DNA from: a virus
Lineage: Duplodnaviria > Caudoviricetes
DNA length: 40,583 nt
Reading direction: 5' to 3' (one strand)
IMG/VR virus record: IMGVR_UViG_3300031673_000176
Coordinates: 1-40,583 of that record
A program made the position numbers and the translations under genes. The notes below the pieces were generated by a model, which did no database searches, was not told where the DNA came from, and worked only from the letters and a program-made list of their open reading frames with translations. Shown here piece after piece: positions 36,137 to 40,583 of the stretch. Every line of letters begins with the position of its first letter. The stretch's first letter is position 1.

Positions 36137-36372
36137 AACTGAAATACTCACCACAGGAATCATCCAATCCTCAACCGATCACCGTCATCGATGACAACAC
36201 GATTCAGGTGGGGGCTGAAACCTACTCGTTTCCAGTCACCATCACGCAGTTCGACGCATCCGGACCGATACTCGAAGCTCACCGAGACACGACAGGAGAG
36301 CTGTACATAACCGTGCTTCGGTCCTACCGACACGGTGAATCACTCACATGGGACACAGGGGAATATCAATGA
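36133..36372 (+). CDS. small fibre-associated protein
   Basis: MKLKYSPQ...HRDTTGELYITV; ATGA coupling to the fibre gene. Confidence 0.55.
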   Translation: MKLKYSPQESSNPQPITVIDDNTIQVGAETYSFPVTITQFDASGPILEAHRDTTGELYITVLRSYRHGESLTWDTGEYQ

Positions 36373-36599
36373 TCACGATGACCGGCAAGACTCAAAGCCA
36401 GATAGACACCGAATCGGCTATTACAACTCAGCAGGCGATTATCACTGAAAATACGACGATTCTCGAACAGACAAGGTATCACGTGGATATTGCCTTCGAG
36501 ACGGGAAGCACAGTTCTTCCGGAAATAGCAACGCAGAGAGCTCGCGCACGAGCAGTTATCTCGGCTGCTCAAGAAGAATTGAAGACCTTGGGGGCCTAA
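36369..36599 (+). CDS. small fibre-associated helical protein
   Basis: ILEQTRY...PEIATQRARARAVI; coupled on both sides. Confidence 0.55.
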   Translation: MITMTGKTQSQIDTESAITTQQAIITENTTILEQTRYHVDIAFETGSTVLPEIATQRARARAVISAAQEELKTLGA

Positions 36600-36991
36600 T
36601 GGACATTTCAACGTTACTGAACTACGGCCGAATCGTTACCGACGATGCTGTCAATCAAGAAATCGCGATGGACGTTCAGGTCGGGATTATTCAGCAGAAG
36701 AGGTCGATGTACTACGATCGGTCGTACGGGTGCGCCATCTCAGAAAACTCTCCCGCGGGGCTCGGTTTCATCGTAAATACCCGGCATTCGGTCGCGACAT
36801 TCATCGCCGAAAGAAATCTGACTACGGGAGATGGAACCGGCGCGACCGTTGACCGGAGAGCGATTACAAGTCAGAATCTAATCCAGCTGCTTCAGGACCG
36901 GATTGGAAACACTCAGATTTCCGTCATGGTCATTCCGATGAGACAGCAGCTTGAAACGATGAGGCTGAACGTTCCGATCGGAGGGGTGTAA
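36599..36991 (+). CDS. baseplate wedge gp25/gpW-like protein
   Basis: KRSMYYDRSYGC motif; upstream of baseplate J. Confidence 0.65.
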   Translation: MDISTLLNYGRIVTDDAVNQEIAMDVQVGIIQQKRSMYYDRSYGCAISENSPAGLGFIVNTRHSVATFIAERNLTTGDGTGATVDRRAITSQNLIQLLQDRIGNTQISVMVIPMRQQLETMRLNVPIGGV

Positions 36992-38776
36992 ATGGCTGGC
37001 TCACTGGTTAATCCAATTCGGTACACTTCGAGAGACTTCATTTCGATTTTGTCCGACATAAACAGCGACCCGAATCTCGCCGACAAAGAGGACTGGTGGA
37101 AAAAGGTTTGGGCCGGAATCGGCGACAACCTTTCGATGCAGCTGAACGCCGGATTCAACAATTCATATCTGAGGACAGCTTTCACAAGAAGAGCGGTCGC
37201 CGACATTCTATCGAGAAACAATTTTCAACTGACTCCGCAAGCTGCCGGGAACGGAAACATCATCCTGTACATAAAGCAAGGAACGATATTCCCGTTCACA
37301 CTTAGTCAGACCGACATGGCGGCTATGACTCAAGGATCAGCATCTTCGGGATCGATGAGATTCGAGTCCCGTCTTTCTTCGGTATCCGTTACAGCATATT
37401 CGGAGAATCCAACCGCGAATGTCGGGGCCGGCCCGGGCGCCGCGGGCACTCTTACGGTCGCCAGAGCATACACGACCGGAGAACGGGTCGTTTTCACAGC
37501 CACAACCGGAGGACTCCCTTCCGGACTTTCGCTGAATACGAACTACTATGTGATCGCGATAAACTCGACGACGATTCAACTCGCCTCGAGCATAGCGAAC
37601 GCGTACGGATCGGTCCCGATTACATTCACCACGGCGGGAACCGGAGCGCAAACGATGGGCCTCTATTCGGTCCAAGTGGCGATGTATCAGCAGACTTCTG
37701 TCGCTCAGTACAGCGTCGGCTCCGGAGATGGTGTCACGCAGTGGCAGCAATTCCCGCTCAACGATGTGAACGTTTTGCAGGATACGCTGGTTGTGACTAT
37801 CAACGGAGAAAACTGGGCTCGAGTAACGAATCCCATTTACAACACCGGAACGGACAAGGTATTTCGACTTTACTACAACAATGATCAGAGCGCGTATATC
37901 GAGTTCGGAGACGGAACGTACGGAGCTGTCGCTCCGAACTTTGAAGTTATGGTGTCGTACGCCTTCGGGGGAGGTTCGGCGACGAACATTCCGATCGCGA
38001 ACATGATCAATTCCTACGCCGGAACGAACTCAAATATTGACGGTTGCAGCAACCCAAAGGGATTCTCGGGCGGAAGTGATCCGATGTCGATCAGCCAGGC
38101 GAAAGAGCAAGGGCCGATACTTACTGCCATACAACAAAGATTCATGAGCGCTCAAGACGGAGAAAGTCTAATGCTCGCGTATGGCGGAATATCTCTGGCG
38201 CTCGTTCAGCCGAACTACTTCGGTCCGAACAGTGCTCAGCTCGTCGCGATAGCTACCGGAGGCGGTAATCCTTCGGGAACCCTTCAGACGGATTTGATCA
38301 GCTATCTGACTCCTCTCACATTGTTCGGGGCCGCGTTGCTGGCGTTCGTTGACGCGACTCTGGTATCCGTGTCGCCGGCGATAGCCGTTCACCTTAACAC
38401 GGGATACACGTTTTCGACTGAAGAGCTATATGTTCAAGTTGCGGCTCAGCTGTTTTTCACTGAGCGTTCGCAGGAAATCCTTTCCTACTACATCGATAAG
38501 CAGCTGGCGTCGACCGTATCTTTGATCAACTCGATTTGGGGCTACTCTTTTGGAACTTCTGATTATACTGTTTTTGGAAATCTCCTTGACTACATGAACA
38601 GAGTCGGGGCGCGGTCGTTCGGGGAATCCATAACCGTCGATCAATTCACGACTTTCGTCGAGTCGAATATCCCGAGCGTGAACTATGTCACGATCTCATC
38701 TCCATCTTTCCCGATGACACTGGGCGCGACGTCCATAACGACACTCGGAGCGGTTCCGGTGGTAACTCAGATATGA
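36992..38776 (+). CDS. baseplate wedge protein (gpJ / T4 gp6-like)
   Basis: YTSRDF.SI, YLRTA..R, GDG...QQF, IEFGDGTYG, FSGGSDP; GGAGG RBS. Confidence 0.88.
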   Translation: MAGSLVNPIRYTSRDFISILSDINSDPNLADKEDWWKKVWAGIGDNLSMQLNAGFNNSYLRTAFTRRAVADILSRNNFQLTPQAAGNGNIILYIKQGTIFPFTLSQTDMAAMTQGSASSGSMRFESRLSSVSVTAYSENPTANVGAGPGAAGTLTVARAYTTGERVVFTATTGGLPSGLSLNTNYYVIAINSTTIQLASSIANAYGSVPITFTTAGTGAQTMGLYSVQVAMYQQTSVAQYSVGSGDGVTQWQQFPLNDVNVLQDTLVVTINGENWARVTNPIYNTGTDKVFRLYYNNDQSAYIEFGDGTYGAVAPNFEVMVSYAFGGGSATNIPIANMINSYAGTNSNIDGCSNPKGFSGGSDPMSISQAKEQGPILTAIQQRFMSAQDGESLMLAYGGISLALVQPNYFGPNSAQLVAIATGGGNPSGTLQTDLISYLTPLTLFGAALLAFVDATLVSVSPAIAVHLNTGYTFSTEELYVQVAAQLFFTERSQEILSYYIDKQLASTVSLINSIWGYSFGTSDYTVFGNLLDYMNRVGARSFGESITVDQFTTFVESNIPSVNYVTISSPSFPMTLGATSITTLGAVPVVTQI

Positions 38777-39447
38777 GCAAGAACTACGGACTGCCGATTC
38801 CATCTGATCAGCTGATGATCCCGAAAGGTTTCGACTCGTCCGACACGAAAACGTCTCTGACTTCGAAAATAGATTCTCATGTCTTGGCCTGGGAAAAAGA
38901 CGTTCAGATTGCGCTTTACCAAACGGATTCCGCGCGAATGCCGTCACAGTTTTTGGAAGAGGAAGGATGGCTACTTCAGGCCGGTATTCTCCCGTCCGAC
39001 TCCGACCGGACCAAACGGCAGAAGATAGCGGGAGCTCAGCTTGCGCACTCGAGAAGAGGGACGTGGCAATACGATGTCGAGCCGAAGATTTTCTCAGTGA
39101 CCGGTATTGCGCCGGTTTTGTTTTTGGGGTGGGAGTGGGACTGGTGGATACGGTCTGGCGGAAACCCCTATCCTCCGACAGCTTACTGGTCTATTCGAGG
39201 CGGCAACAATGATTCCATGAGTACGGGAATGATAAGATATGGAAATGGCAATGAGAACATCCTCGGAACCGTGATCTTCATCGACCTTGGCTCTTCAACA
39301 CTTACTGCAGATCAGATCAGTGCAATTATAACAGCACTAACTAATACACAAAATGGGCTTGAATCAATGCCTGCTTATTTTAGGGTGTATCTTGGATACA
39401 CGACCGGACAAGTTTTTACAGAGTACGCGGGAGGGCAGATCAATTGA
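38773..39447 (+). CDS. baseplate wedge protein (gpI-like)
   Basis: FLEEEGW..SDRTKRQKIA..HSRRGT; MPAY near the C-terminus. Confidence 0.7.
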   Translation: MSKNYGLPIPSDQLMIPKGFDSSDTKTSLTSKIDSHVLAWEKDVQIALYQTDSARMPSQFLEEEGWLLQAGILPSDSDRTKRQKIAGAQLAHSRRGTWQYDVEPKIFSVTGIAPVLFLGWEWDWWIRSGGNPYPPTAYWSIRGGNNDSMSTGMIRYGNGNENILGTVIFIDLGSSTLTADQISAIITALTNTQNGLESMPAYFRVYLGYTTGQVFTEYAGGQIN

Positions 39448-40583
39448 TAACTCAGCATAGTAACCTGAACTTTGCGAGCGGAAAACCGAAGGGACTCGGC
39501 GATATTCTCATGGAGCAGGATCGACTTAGAGACTTTGCATGGCTATGGGATCGAGTGGGAGCACTTTTCCTCGATATAGTCGGAGGGTCCGCTGAACTCG
39601 TATCTGGCGGAGTAGTAACTCAAGGTGGAACGTTCAGTGAAATAAACGTTACGACTGCGATTCTCTATGCTCCATTTTCGGTTACTCTCGGAATCGATGG
39701 CAATAACCCTCCCGGAACAGGCACCGAAGACATCACGTCCATTCGGATCTCCCTTCCGGCACAAACGAACTTTTCGATTGCAGGTGCTACGCTCGACGGC
39801 GTTACAGTCAACTACGTTAAGGTGAAATACTCGGAGACGGAAAATCTCACTCGATCAAAGCTGAAAGCAACTGGAACATGGGCTTTCACTCAGCTTCCGT
39901 CGGCGGTTCTCACTTGTGACGCAGTGGCACCGACCTCCTATGAAGTCGCAATTGCTACTCTCGTAGGTGACGGGACGAGCGTATTGACGATCACGCAGAA
40001 GTATCCTCTGTTTCATAATCTTATATCGAGCAGCGGAGCGTATCTTGCGCTTTCTTCCGGTTCCCCGTATACGCTTTCTGCATGGCAGGCAAATCAAGTC
40101 GATGTAACCACAGGCGCAAGCGACTACGTTCTGAATCTTCCGTCAGTTTCAGCGGGAATGAGGATTGAGGTAATCAAAGAGGATTCCGCGGCTGGTAAGG
40201 TACAGATCACCCCAAATGGGGCAGATACCATCAACGGGGTCACAGGTGCTGCAGCATGGGTAATTAGCGGCCAATGGGGCTATGTGACTCTCCAGAGCAT
40301 TCCGGGTGGGTGGGAGACAATCGCTTACCTTCCCAGTGTGTCGTACGCGTCTAAGTCGTCAAACATTGCCGCTGAAGTGAACTCCAAATACATTCTTGCC
40401 TTAAACACAGATTTAACCCTGCCTGCCACCGCGTCGGAAGGAGACGTTATAGAGGTTGCGGCCATAGGTCACTCGAACATACTGCAATCTGATGCAGAGC
40501 ATGTGATTACTTACCGCGGCCTGTACAAAACATCATCGAAGGGCACTCCGGGTTTTGCGGCGCTATATGGATGCAACGTCAAT
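39444..40583 (+). CDS. tail fibre protein, truncated by the window end (absent from the ORF track)
   Basis: GGAGG RBS then TTG 39444; my translation stays open for 380 codons to the window end (MITQHSNLNFASGKPKGLGD...LNLPSVSAGMRIEVIKEDSAAGKVQITPNGADTING...). Confidence 0.8.
   Translation, partial: MITQHSNLNFASGKPKGLGDILMEQDRLRDFAWLWDRVGALFLDIVGGSAELVSGGVVTQGGTFSEINVTTAILYAPFSVTLGIDGNNPPGTGTEDITSIRISLPAQTNFSIAGATLDGVTVNYVKVKYSETENLTRSKLKATGTWAFTQLPSAVLTCDAVAPTSYEVAIATLVGDGTSVLTITQKYPLFHNLISSSGAYLALSSGSPYTLSAWQANQVDVTTGASDYVLNLPSVSAGMRIEVIKEDSAAGKVQITPNGADTINGVTGAAAWVISGQWGYVTLQSIPGGWETIAYLPSVSYASKSSNIAAEVNSKYILALNTDLTLPATASEGDVIEVAAIGHSNILQSDAEHVITYRGLYKTSSKGTPGFAALYGCNVN

Noticed and set aside
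27971-39447. Tailocin or extracellular contractile injection system
   Set aside because: Terminase, portal, protease, capsid and replication genes are contiguous, so this is a phage
326-40097. Many minus-strand ORFs, some over 200 aa (e.g. 7826..8617, 18080..18811, 28946..29632, 33878..34750)
   Set aside because: All lie antisense to well-supported + strand genes, lack motifs and are expected shadows of the codon bias

Overview
A ~40.6 kb segment of a tailed dsDNA phage (or prophage) with a contractile tail. Essentially all credible genes lie on the + strand, often with overlapping stop/start codons. Order: small hypotheticals and an N6/N4 DNA methyltransferase (1-1.8 kb); a recombination module (Rad52/Sak-like annealase, NinB/HNH-like, Cas4-like exonuclease); an AbrB-like regulator; a promoter with a highly structured leader in front of a lambda O-like initiator carrying internal iterons; a DnaC-like loader, SSB, RuvC, ParB-like protein, C5 methyltransferase, lytic transglycosylase and a small outer-membrane-like protein; terminase, portal and head genes; then neck, sheath, tube, a chaperone with a likely -1 frameshift, a short tape measure, baseplate and tail fibres running off the right end. 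The most striking element lies between portal and MuF: an 825-aa protein joining an atypical (HipA/PI3K-like) kinase domain to an R-STS-ExE ADP-ribosyltransferase, followed by a DUF5661-like protein and a zinc ribbon. The 825-aa and DUF5661-like proteins share [VIL]-x-K-[AS] motifs with the capsid, scaffold and protease, which suggests head-packaged, protease-matured effectors (inference). The SSB looks spirochaete-like. All family calls come from motif recognition by eye; no database searches were run.
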